Assembly (NCBI GenBank): GCA_964291625.2
Contig: OZ220089.1
Span: 4,000,001 to 4,064,000, forward strand
Origin: Candidatus Latescibacterota bacterium
GTDB taxonomy: Bacteria; Latescibacterota; UBA2968; UBA8231
Reading direction: 5' to 3'
Length of the DNA stretch: 64,000 nucleotides
In this document: piece by piece, positions 1 to 8,843 of the stretch
How the letters are laid out: the number at the start of each line of letters is the position of its first letter
Numbering within the stretch: the first letter of the stretch is position 1
Notes under the pieces: model-generated
Databases searched by the model: none
What the model saw: the letters and a program-made list of their open reading frames with translations, nothing else
Told to the model about the DNA's origin: nothing
Program-made: the position numbers and the translations under genes

Positions 1-2
1 AC

Positions 3-1607
3 CTCGACGGCTCCGGCGTGGAGGATCTGGTCACCGGCCTGCAGAGCCCGTTGAGCCTGGCTCTCGACACCGAGGCCGGCAAGCTCTACTGGACCGACAG
101 CGGCACGGACAAGATCCAGCGGGCGGATCTCGACGGCTCCGGGATCGAGGATCTGATCACCGTCGGCCTGGACATTCCCCGGGGGCTGGCCCTGGATCCG
201 TCGGCGGGCCGGCTCTACTGGACCGACAACGGCACCGGCAGAATCCAGCGGGCCAACCTCGACGGCTCCGGGGTCGAAGAGATAATCGCCACCGGCCTGG
301 AGATCCCTCGGGCCCTGGTCCTGGATGCCGCGGGCGGAAAGCTCTATTGGGCCGACAGCGGCAGCGACCGGATCCAGCGGGCGAACCTCGACGGCTCCGG
401 GATCGAAGACCTCGTGACCGGCCTGTCCAGTCCCCGCGGCCTGGCCCTGGTGAGGATGGCGTCTCCAGACGACGTCAGGGTCCCGGACGCCGCGTTGCGG
501 TCGGTGCTGCAGGACAGCCTCGGCCTGGCGCCCGGCGATCCGATCCCGGCGGCCGAGCTGGCGAGGCTGACCGTGCTGGAGGCGCCCGACGCCGGCATCG
601 TCGACCTGACCGGGCTCGAGCACGCCACCGGGCTGACCCGGCTCCACCTGGGTTGGGGCGCCACCCAGGACCTTCACGAAAACTCCAACGAGATCACCGA
701 TCTGGCCCCTTTGTCGGGTTTGACGGTCTTGACATGGCTCCATCTCGGGGGCAACTCGGTGGTGGACGTGACGCCGCTGGCGGGCCTGACCGATCTGACG
801 TGGCTGAACCTTCAAGGCAACCGGATCCAGGATGCATCACCCTTGCTGGGTCTGTCCGGCCTCACCCATCTATTTGTTGGGTTCAATCCCCTCCGGAATG
901 AGTCGCTGCTCCTGGGCCTGACCGGTCTGATCGAAGATGATCTCCGTCGTCCGTCCACGTATCCCCAACTGGATTCCCCGCTGAACGACCTGGTTAGAGC
1001 CTACGAGGCCGCCCTCGAGGAGGGGAGAATCTCGAGTCGCATCGTTCCCGGCCACTGCGTCCGGGATACCTCCCCCCGTGAGTTCCGCACCTGGGATCTG
1101 TCCGAGCCAGCCCCCTCGATCCGGGTAGAGGTGGGCATCCTTGTGGAGAGTGTCGACTCCGTCGGCCGCTTTCTCGAGCAGCACGACATCTCCGTTGACT
1201 TGGAGACAGAGCATCTCGACGGATACACGTGGGGGACCTTCACGATTTGTGTGCCCTTGCCTCTGCTCGTCCCCCTGACGCAGCAGACGGGCGTCTTGAG
1301 GGCCCGCCTGTTTGTGCCTCCCGAGAAGGACTCTGTCACCGTCCCGGACTCGGCGCTGCGGGCGGTGCTGAAGGACAGCCTCGGCCTGGCGGCCGACGAG
1401 CCGATCTCACTACTTCAACGACCAGGTCCGAAGGGCCAGGCCTGCGGCCAGACGGAACTCGTATCGCTGTGGGAGAATTCGGGGACGAATACCTCTCAGG
1501 GAAGTCGAGGGGAGATGCCGAACCATGATCGAGCGACACCGTTCTGTTTTGCAGCGATCGGCTGGCGCTGCCAAGGCGTCGGCCCTGCCGTGGCGTCTGC
1601 GCCTTGA
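3..1607 (+). CDS. YWTD (LDL-receptor class B) repeat + internalin-like LRR protein; 5'-partial, 3' end apparently truncated
   Basis: Repeated LYWTD/LYWAD...IQRANLDGSG units, then an LRR cap (VPDAALRSVL) and LRRs (LTWLHLGGNSVVDVTPL). A second cap at 1341-1406 breaks off into unrelated sequence. Frame is open from the window start. Confidence 0.8.
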   Translation, partial: LDGSGVEDLVTGLQSPLSLALDTEAGKLYWTDSGTDKIQRADLDGSGIEDLITVGLDIPRGLALDPSAGRLYWTDNGTGRIQRANLDGSGVEEIIATGLEIPRALVLDAAGGKLYWADSGSDRIQRANLDGSGIEDLVTGLSSPRGLALVRMASPDDVRVPDAALRSVLQDSLGLAPGDPIPAAELARLTVLEAPDAGIVDLTGLEHATGLTRLHLGWGATQDLHENSNEITDLAPLSGLTVLTWLHLGGNSVVDVTPLAGLTDLTWLNLQGNRIQDASPLLGLSGLTHLFVGFNPLRNESLLLGLTGLIEDDLRRPSTYPQLDSPLNDLVRAYEAALEEGRISSRIVPGHCVRDTSPREFRTWDLSEPAPSIRVEVGILVESVDSVGRFLEQHDISVDLETEHLDGYTWGTFTICVPLPLLVPLTQQTGVLRARLFVPPEKDSVTVPDSALRAVLKDSLGLAADEPISLLQRPGPKGQACGQTELVSLWENSGTNTSQGSRGEMPNHDRATPFCFAAIGWRCQGVGPAVASAP

Positions 1608-1773
1608 CTCAAATGCACCCGCAAAGCCGGATGCCACCAGGAGCATTCGGCTTCCAACGCCCCGGAGCAGATCCTCCGGACTCTTGGCTCACGGCCCCGA
1701 AGGGAACCTCATGACTAGCATTCTGCTTCGATGCAGAGCGCGGATAGAGTCGCTCACATGCGGAGGGCTCAGG

Positions 1774-2613
1774 ATGACTTCGGGCATCCTAGCTGCGCTG
1801 TTGGTGGCTCCCGCACTCTCGCAGACGACCACGAGGACCTTCCAGATGTCTGACCACCTGCCGTTGGCCGTTGGAAACTCGTGGACGTACCTCATGAGCT
1901 ACCACGATGCCAGACGTGATCCCAACGCGACCACCCATCCCGTTTTTGAGAGCTTCGATCCGCCGACCCCTGAGGTGACCTTCACGATCCTTCGAACCGA
2001 AGTGCTCGATGGAGAGACCTACTATCTCTTCTCCGACGTACCTGCTGGATGGCCTCCTGCGCCGGCACACTCCGTAGCGGGCAAGAAGCTGCGGTGGGAC
2101 GGCGACAACCTCACTGAGCACGATGGCACCTCCTCGTTCTCGATACTCAGGTTCCGGGACACACCTTCCGGTGAAGGAGAATACTCATTCCAGGAGAATG
2201 ATGTCAGCGCATCCGATGCGAAGGGTGACACTTCTGTGAGGGTGGGAGCGGTCAGAAACGCCAATATGATGTCGAAGGTGTCATTTGCCTTTTCGGGAGG
2301 GCGCCCTTCCTCTGTGTCGCTGCGCACTGTTCACTTCGTCACAGGATACGGCATGACCTACTCCTCCGACGTACTGGTTCCCGAGGGCGAGTTCTATCCT
2401 GTTCTGGAGACGAGCCTGAGCCCTGTTCGAGCAACCATTCTCATGGCCGACTCGGCCACCAATTCCTCCAGGAGTGAGGATAGGTATAGCCACCGAACGA
2501 TCAAATTCCTTGACGTATTCGCTGCACAATCTGGCGACCGGCAGTTTCCTGAAGGAACCACAAGCTCCATCAGCAATGCCTCATGGGGTGAACTCAAGGA
2601 ATCGAGGTACTGA
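1774..2613 (+). CDS. Secreted hypothetical protein with C-terminal SWGxxK tail
   Basis: Signal peptide (MTSGILAALLVAPALS-Q), LPLAVGNSWTY motif, ends TSSISNASWGELKESRY. Alternative start at 1711. Confidence 0.75.
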   Translation: MTSGILAALLVAPALSQTTTRTFQMSDHLPLAVGNSWTYLMSYHDARRDPNATTHPVFESFDPPTPEVTFTILRTEVLDGETYYLFSDVPAGWPPAPAHSVAGKKLRWDGDNLTEHDGTSSFSILRFRDTPSGEGEYSFQENDVSASDAKGDTSVRVGAVRNANMMSKVSFAFSGGRPSSVSLRTVHFVTGYGMTYSSDVLVPEGEFYPVLETSLSPVRATILMADSATNSSRSEDRYSHRTIKFLDVFAAQSGDRQFPEGTTSSISNASWGELKESRY

Positions 2614-2703
2614 ATCAGCTGCGGGCAGCGCATGGATTTGACCGGTTTGTGGAAGTCGGGTGCGCGCCCTCCGCCTCTCCTCATTTCTGAAGAGATCTGT
2701 CCC

Positions 2704-3534
2704 ATGCTCGCTCGCATCGCAATACTGATCCTGTCCGCCTTGCCGTTGGCGGCGGAGACCCCGACTGTCCAAGCCTACTTGCCGCTGGCCGTCGGCAACT
2801 CGTGGACCTATCTCCACACCTACTCGGACGATAGGGAAAGGGAAGACGGCTCGCTCATCTACCCCCAAGGGTACACCGAGATGGAATTCACCATCTCCAT
2901 CCTCCGGACGGAAGTCATCGGCGGGGAGACCTACTTCGTCGTCTCGGACCTCCCCTCCAATCTCCCAACAGATGTTCCCAAACACTTTATTGCCGGCAAG
3001 AAACTCCGCTGGGATGGGAACAACCTGGTCGAGCATGATGGGACATCCGAAGTGTCGTTCTATCGCTTCTCCGTGGCTCAGGATGGACGGGATCCGATCA
3101 GAGGCGAATACGCAATATCAGAGACGCACGGAGATACTCTGATAGAGACGTACAGTAGCCGGAAGGGTTTTCGGCCTACGAACTATCAGGTCTTCAAGTT
3201 CAGAGGCCATGGGTACATAGATGGATGGAAGATGTCGAGAGGGATGTCTTTCATCATGAACTATGGCATTGATAGATCTTCAGAAGTCTACACGGGCGGC
3301 GATGCGATCTATGGCGACAACAGACTCAAGCCTCTCCGTGCGGTGCTGAATGCGGAAGGAGGAGAGAGTTCCGGGCAGCCCCGTTCATCCTCTTCCGTGA
3401 GGGTTTCATGGGATGACTTCAACTGCTACATGAGCGCCTATGACACCCGGTACGACGACACCTGCAATTACCCTCCCGCCTCCACCGCCAAGTCCCCCAC
3501 CACTTGGGGCTCAGTCAAGGATGAAGGGAGATAG
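2704..3534 (+). CDS. Secreted hypothetical protein, paralog of the upstream gene, with C-terminal TWGxxK tail
   Basis: Signal peptide MLARIAILILSALPLAA. Shares LPLAVGNSWTY, ILRTEV and AGKKLRWDG with the upstream ORF. Ends TAKSPTTWGSVKDEGR. Confidence 0.75.
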   Translation: MLARIAILILSALPLAAETPTVQAYLPLAVGNSWTYLHTYSDDREREDGSLIYPQGYTEMEFTISILRTEVIGGETYFVVSDLPSNLPTDVPKHFIAGKKLRWDGNNLVEHDGTSEVSFYRFSVAQDGRDPIRGEYAISETHGDTLIETYSSRKGFRPTNYQVFKFRGHGYIDGWKMSRGMSFIMNYGIDRSSEVYTGGDAIYGDNRLKPLRAVLNAEGGESSGQPRSSSSVRVSWDDFNCYMSAYDTRYDDTCNYPPASTAKSPTTWGSVKDEGR

Positions 3535-3558
3535 ACCATTGGGACTCCCCTATCTGCT

Positions 3559-3654
3559 GGTGATCTTGTCGCCGCGCGCACCGAGAAGGACGAGCACCTC
3601 CCGCGCCGCACCGGGCAGGTCATGGCCGACTACCGGGCGCGGACGGTGCACTGA
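3559..3654 (+). pseudogene. Orphan 3' end of an unidentified gene
   Basis: Intergenic stretch with host-like high-GC3 codons reading GDLVAARTEKDEHLPRRTGQVMADYRARTVH-stop. Confidence 0.35.
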
Positions 3655-3686
3655 CCTCCCTCCGGCATCCTGTAGGAGCAGGTTCG

Positions 3687-5867
3687 ATGAAGAAAGCTCC
3701 GTTGTTCCGCATGGCCTTGCTATCGGCGGGTGTCCTGTGCCCGCAGGAGAGTCCTGCCCAGGACCACACTCGCCGGGGATTGCCCGACGGCGCCCTCGCC
3801 CGTCTGGGCAATGGCGGCATCGGTTGGGGCGACCGGGCGGTGGCCTGGTCCCCGGACGGCACGCGGCTGGCGGTGGCCAGCGAAACCGGCATCTGGCTCT
3901 ACGATCCCGCGACCGGGGCCGACGTCGCCCTGCTCACCAGCCCCAGGGTGTCGGTCGAGTCGGTGTCGTTTTCTCCGGATGGGGCGCGGCTGGCCGGTGC
4001 CGTTGTCGACGGGACCGTTCGACTGTGGGACGTGGCCAGCGGCCGGGAAACAGGCACTCTGCAGGGCCATACGTCCAAGGTCACTTCGGTGTCGTTTTCT
4101 CCGGACGGGGCGTTGCTGGCCAGTGGCAGCTATGACGGTACGGTTCGATTGTGGGACGTGGCTACCGCTGAGGAAGTGTCCACCCTTCACCATACGCTTA
4201 CGTCCTCGGTCAGTTCAGTGTCGTTTTCTCCGGATGGGGTGCTGCTGGCCAGTGGCGGTTCGGACACGATTCGATTGTGGAACGTGGTCAGCGGCGGGGA
4301 AAGGGGCACTCTTCAAGGCCATACGTCCTATGTGGCTTCGGTGTCGTTTTCTCCGGATGGGGTGCTGCTGGCCAGTGGCAGCTATGACGAGACGGTTCGA
4401 CTGTGGGAGGTGGCTACCGGCCAGGAGACAGCCACTCTCCAAGGCCATGTGTCCCATGTCCATTCAGTGTCGTTTTCCCCGGACGGGGCGAGGCTCGCCA
4501 GCGGCAGTTCGGCCGGCACGGTTCGATTGTGGGACGTAGCCGGAGGTCGGGAGACAGCCACTCTCCAGGGCCATTTGGATTGGGTCACTTCGGTGTCGTT
4601 TTCCCCGGATGGGGCGAGGCTCGCCAGTGCCAGTTGGGACGAGACGGTTCGATTGTGGGACGTAGCCGGCGGCCGGGGAACAGCCACTCTTCACCATATG
4701 GGCCGGATCACTTCGGTGTCGTTTTCTCCGGACGGGGCGTTCCTGGCCAGTGGCAGCTACGACGGTACGGCTCGGATTTGGGACGTGCCTGCCGCCCAGG
4801 AAACAGCCACTCTTCACCATACGGGCCGGGTCAGCTCAGTGTCGTTCTCTCCGGATGGGGCGCGGCTGGCCAGTGGCGGTTCGGACGCGGTTCGATTGTG
4901 GGCCGTCGTCTGCGGCCAGGAAACAGCCACTCTCCAGACCTCCCCGGTCTAGGCAGTGTCGTTTTCCCCCGATGGGGCCCTGCTGGCCGGTGTCAGTGGG
5001 GACGGGACAATCCGGCTGTGGGACGTAGTCAGCGGCCGGGAAACAGCCGCTCTCCATACCTCTCCGGGCCGGTCGGTGTCGTTTTCGCGGGACTGGGCGC
5101 TGCTGGCCCGCGGCAGTGGGGACGACACGTACGGCACGATTCGACTGTGGGACCCGGTCAGCGGCCAGGAGACAGCCACCCTCCGGGGCCACAGGTCCGC
5201 GGTCAGTTCGGTGTCGTTTTCTCCGGATGGGGCGCTGCTGGCCAGTGGCAGTCTGTACGGCACGGTTCGACTGTGGGACGTGGCCAGCGGTCAGGAGAAG
5301 GCCGTCCTCCAGAGCCATACGTCGATCGTCCGTTCATTGTCGTTTTCGCCGGATGCGGCGCTGCTGGCCAGTGCCGGTGACGACGAGACGGTGCGGTTGT
5401 GGGACGTAGCCGACGGCCGGGAAACAGCCACTCTCCTGGGCCATACGCACAGGGTCCGTTCGGTGGCGTTCTCTCCGGATGGGGCGCGGCTGGCCAGCAG
5501 CAGTGAGGACGGCACCATCCTGCTGTGGGACATGGCCCCGTACGTCACCGCCCATTCCGCAGTCGAAGCCTCTACGCCAACTCTGCCGGCGCAGACGGCG
5601 CTGCTGGCCAACTACCCCAACCCCTTCAACAGCCGCACCCGGCTCGCCTACCGCCTGGCGGCGCCCGGCCCCGTGCGGCTGGAGATCCACAACGCCCTGG
5701 GGCAGCCGGTGCGGACCCTGGTGGATCAGGTCCAGGCCGCCGGCGAATGCCAGGTCGCCTGGGACGCCCGCGACGGTCGGGGCACGGCCTTGGCGATGGG
5801 GGTCTATCTGGCGCGCCTGCGCGCTCCCGACGCTGTGCGTACGCGCCGGCTGCTATACCTCAAGTAG
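3687..5867 (+). pseudogene. Secreted 14-repeat WD40 protein with FlgD/T9SS-like C-terminal domain, interrupted by an in-frame TAG at 4950-4952
   Basis: ORFs 3687-4952 and 4956-5867 share one frame separated by a single TAG. 14 VxSVSFSPDG...LWD repeats; C-terminal NYPNPFN...WDARDGRG...GVY domain. Confidence 0.85.
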
Positions 5868-6030
5868 CGCGGTCATGACCCCGGAAACTGCTCTCCGCAA
5901 TGACCCCTCTCGCAATCTCAGAGGATTCAACCCTGTACCTCAACGCACGGATTCTGGAACACGCAAGGACTCACTCAATGTTGACATGGTCCCACTACCG
6001 GCACCACCCAATGGCGCCCTTTGCCGTAGC

Positions 6031-6237
6031 TCAGCCAGGCCTGATGGGCCGCGGAGTAGTGCCGTCCAGGCCATAGCCCAGGATCTCTTCTCCGGGCGGC
6101 ACATGGGGCCAGGCCTCCCTCTTCAGGAATCGGCGCGGCCGGCCGCCGTGGTCATCGGCGGCGCCCTGGTAGGCCGGGCGGGCTCGGCGCTCCTCCAGGG
6201 AGCGGCGCACCGCCTCGGTCTTGCTCTCTCCTGTGAG
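6031..6237 (-). pseudogene. N-terminally truncated Rv0623-like (VapB-type) antitoxin remnant
   Basis: TGESKTEAVRRSLEERRAR...FLKREAWPHVPP...EILGYG matches the family pattern from memory. No start codon and no toxin. Confidence 0.55.
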
Positions 6238-6257
6238 GAGGGAACCTCGACGGACCG

Positions 6258-7520
6258 CTACCGCCGCCCCCCCGCGAGCTGCCCCGCCTCGGGCAGTCCG
6301 CGCAGCCGCAGCATCGCCGCGGTGCCGAAGGCGGGACCCACGGCGAGCATGGCGAAGGCCGCGGGCCAGCCCCCTACCTCCACGATGAGCGGCACCAGCT
6401 GGATCGACACCATGGTCAGCAGAAACCCGACCGAGGTCTGGATCGTCAGGGCCGTGCCGGTGTACTCCGGGGGGCTGAGCTCGGTGATGGAGGCGGAGAA
6501 CTGGGCGGAGTCGGCCACCACCGAGACCCCCCAGACCAGCAGGATGGCGGTGAGCAGGGGCAGGGGCGCGGCGTGGAAGACGGCGGCCAGGAGGGCCATC
6601 GCCCCGCTGACGATCATGGCGGCGCTGGTCGTCGCCGTGCGGCCTACCCGGTCGGCCCAGGCACCGGCGATCAGGCACCCGAGGCCGCCGATGCCGACCA
6701 CGGCGAAGGCGAGCAGGGGCGCCAGCGAGGGGGGGCCGCCAGCGGCCGCCACTCTCCCGGCCAGGAAGACGGGCACCCACGTCCACATGGCGTAGAGCTC
6801 CCACTGGTGGCCGAGGTAGCCGAAGTTGGCCAGGCGCAGACCCCGCCGGGTGAAGATGGAGAGGGCGAAGCGCGGGTTGAAGCGGGCGCCGCCGGCGGCG
6901 AAGGGCCCCTCCCGGAAGAAGAGGGCCACGATGAGGCCGCCCGCGGCGGCCAGGGCTGACGACACCAGGACGACGCCGGTCCAGTCGGAGGTCTGGCCGC
7001 CGGGGCTGCCCAGGTGGGAGAGGGACCGCACGAGGTGGGGGGACGCCGAGCCGAGGGTCAGGGCGCCCACGACGAGGCCGATGGCCAGGCCCCGGTGCCG
7101 CCGGGTCCAGGTGGCGGCCAGCTTCATGCCGGGGGGATAGACGCCGGCGAGGCAGAAGCCGGTGAGGAAGCGCAGCGCGACGCCGGAGGCCAGCCCGCCG
7201 GCGAAGAGGGCGAAGCCGGCGTTGGCGGCGGCGCCCAGCCAGGCGCTGGCGACGAAGAGGCGCCGGCTGCTGATGATGTCCGGCAGGTTGAGGACGCCGC
7301 TGAGGGCGGTGCCGGCGACGAAGCCGATCTGCACGGCCATGGTGAGCCAGGCGGCCCCCGCCACCGACAGGCCCCAGGCCTGCTGCAGGGCGGGGGAGAC
7401 GGCGGAGGCGCTGAACCACAGGGACATGCCCAGCACCTCGGCCAGCGCCAGCAGCCCCAGGTACCGCCACTTCCGGGGGCTTCCTTCCAGGTCCTCCTGG
7501 ATGGCGGGAGGGGAGGTCAC
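6258..7520 (-). CDS. MFS transporter
   Basis: About 12 hydrophobic helices and a GAWADRVGR motif. Likely GTG start at 7520. Confidence 0.9.
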   Translation of the reverse strand: MTSPPAIQEDLEGSPRKWRYLGLLALAEVLGMSLWFSASAVSPALQQAWGLSVAGAAWLTMAVQIGFVAGTALSGVLNLPDIISSRRLFVASAWLGAAANAGFALFAGGLASGVALRFLTGFCLAGVYPPGMKLAATWTRRHRGLAIGLVVGALTLGSASPHLVRSLSHLGSPGGQTSDWTGVVLVSSALAAAGGLIVALFFREGPFAAGGARFNPRFALSIFTRRGLRLANFGYLGHQWELYAMWTWVPVFLAGRVAAAGGPPSLAPLLAFAVVGIGGLGCLIAGAWADRVGRTATTSAAMIVSGAMALLAAVFHAAPLPLLTAILLVWGVSVVADSAQFSASITELSPPEYTGTALTIQTSVGFLLTMVSIQLVPLIVEVGGWPAAFAMLAVGPAFGTAAMLRLRGLPEAGQLAGGRR

Positions 7521-7545
7521 GCCGTCCGACGGACCAGCGGAGATG

Positions 7546-7788
7546 TCACGCGCCGCCCTCGAACAATCCCTCGATCTCCGCGCCCATACGGTCAAAGTCG
7601 GGGGGCAGCGAGATCCGCCCGGCCAGGAACCCGGTGCGGTCGGCGACCCCGGCCTGCGGGGCGTCCACTGCGACGACCCTGACCAGGGGCTTGCCGGACC
7701 GGGCGATGATGAACGGCTCGCCCTGGACGGCCTCCTCGACGAGACGGGCCAGGTGGGTCTCGGCTTCCTGCATGTCGACGGTGCGCAT
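7546..7788 (-). CDS. Phd/YefM (prevent-host-death) antitoxin, orphan
   Basis: MRTVDMQEAETHLARLVEEAVQGEPFIIARSGKPLVRVV is a typical Phd N-terminus. No PIN toxin follows. Confidence 0.85.
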   Translation of the reverse strand: MRTVDMQEAETHLARLVEEAVQGEPFIIARSGKPLVRVVAVDAPQAGVADRTGFLAGRISLPPDFDRMGAEIEGLFEGGA

Positions 7789-7873
7789 CTGGATGCCTTG
7801 ATCGGGAGCCCCCAAAGCTGCCTTACTTCGGCTGTACCCGCCAGCGGGTTGCCCCACGCAGGAAAGGTCGTTC

Positions 7874-8839
7874 ATGCCCCCCTTCTCTCTCGAATCGATC
7901 GAGGTCGGCTCTCGCCTCTACCTGACGGCGGCGCCGGGGCTCCAGGTCGGGACCCGCCTGCGGGGCGGCCACTTCAGGAAGGCCGTCGAAGAGGGTGCTG
8001 CCACCGATCACGGCTCCATCCTGGAAACCGTGTGGGAGCTGGTTCGCGCGCAGGAGTTCCCTTCGCGGCCATGTCGGTTCGATGCGCTCTTCCTGTGGCA
8101 GGACGAGGCCCATGCGCGGGCGTGGCACCATCGCCAGACGATCCTCGGGCCCGAGACCGGCTCGGAACGCGGGCTCTACCAGGTCGAGGTGGAAGGGGTC
8201 GGACGGATCTGGGCCGCGGACATGGACCTGATCAGCTACATCGGCGAGGGCGAGACGGTGGGGGCCCTGATGCAGCGCGCGCGCCGATACTGGGGATCGC
8301 CCTCCACGAAGGCCAATCCGGAGATCCTCCTGGGCGGCGAGGTGCGGGTTCGCAGGGACCTGCGGGAACTGGGATTGGAGAGGATCACTCCCATAGAGGA
8401 TGCAACTGTCGACGCGCAGGTCCGCGAGCTCCTTCGGTCCGATCCGTCGGCCTGGTCGCGCCTGGAGTCGAGAGGCCGCCGTTACATGCTGAGTCCAGGA
8501 ATCGCGGCGATGAAGGACCCGCCGTTACCGCTGGCCGCCTGGATCGGCCTGGAGATCGAGGGAGTGGAAGAGGTGCTGAGGCCCCAGCGGGGAACGGAGG
8601 CGATCCTCGTGAACCGAAAGGGTCCGCTTCGGTACCGGCCGGAGGATGAAGGCGGCGGGTGCGAGACTTCATTCGTGATAGACGATGCGGAGACATCCGA
8701 GGCGGCGCGGGAGTGCCTCTCCGGCAAGAGGCGCTTTCGACCGGTGCTGATCTGCGACCGGGAGGCGGCCCACTACTGGCAGCTGCCAACCTGCTGGGAG
8801 GGCCGGGTTCCCGGGGAATGGACCCTCGCCGGGAGCTGA
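7874..8839 (+). CDS. Hypothetical protein, N-terminal half resembling DUF2441
   Basis: VRAQEFPSRPCRFDALF...LYQVEV...ADM...ARRYW...PEILLGGEVRV pattern, recalled rather than searched. Confidence 0.5.
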   Translation: MPPFSLESIEVGSRLYLTAAPGLQVGTRLRGGHFRKAVEEGAATDHGSILETVWELVRAQEFPSRPCRFDALFLWQDEAHARAWHHRQTILGPETGSERGLYQVEVEGVGRIWAADMDLISYIGEGETVGALMQRARRYWGSPSTKANPEILLGGEVRVRRDLRELGLERITPIEDATVDAQVRELLRSDPSAWSRLESRGRRYMLSPGIAAMKDPPLPLAAWIGLEIEGVEEVLRPQRGTEAILVNRKGPLRYRPEDEGGGCETSFVIDDAETSEAARECLSGKRRFRPVLICDREAAHYWQLPTCWEGRVPGEWTLAGS

Positions 8840-8843
8840 GTCC

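Noticed and set aside
4950-4952. Genome-wide TAG recoding or pyrrolysine
   Set aside because: TAG terminates conserved genes here at expected positions (rpmG, pbpC), and no pyl genes are seen.
5995-6015. Possible duplicate of the MFS 3' end (CTACCG...)
   Set aside because: Only about 6 nt plus scattered matches, not distinguishable from chance.
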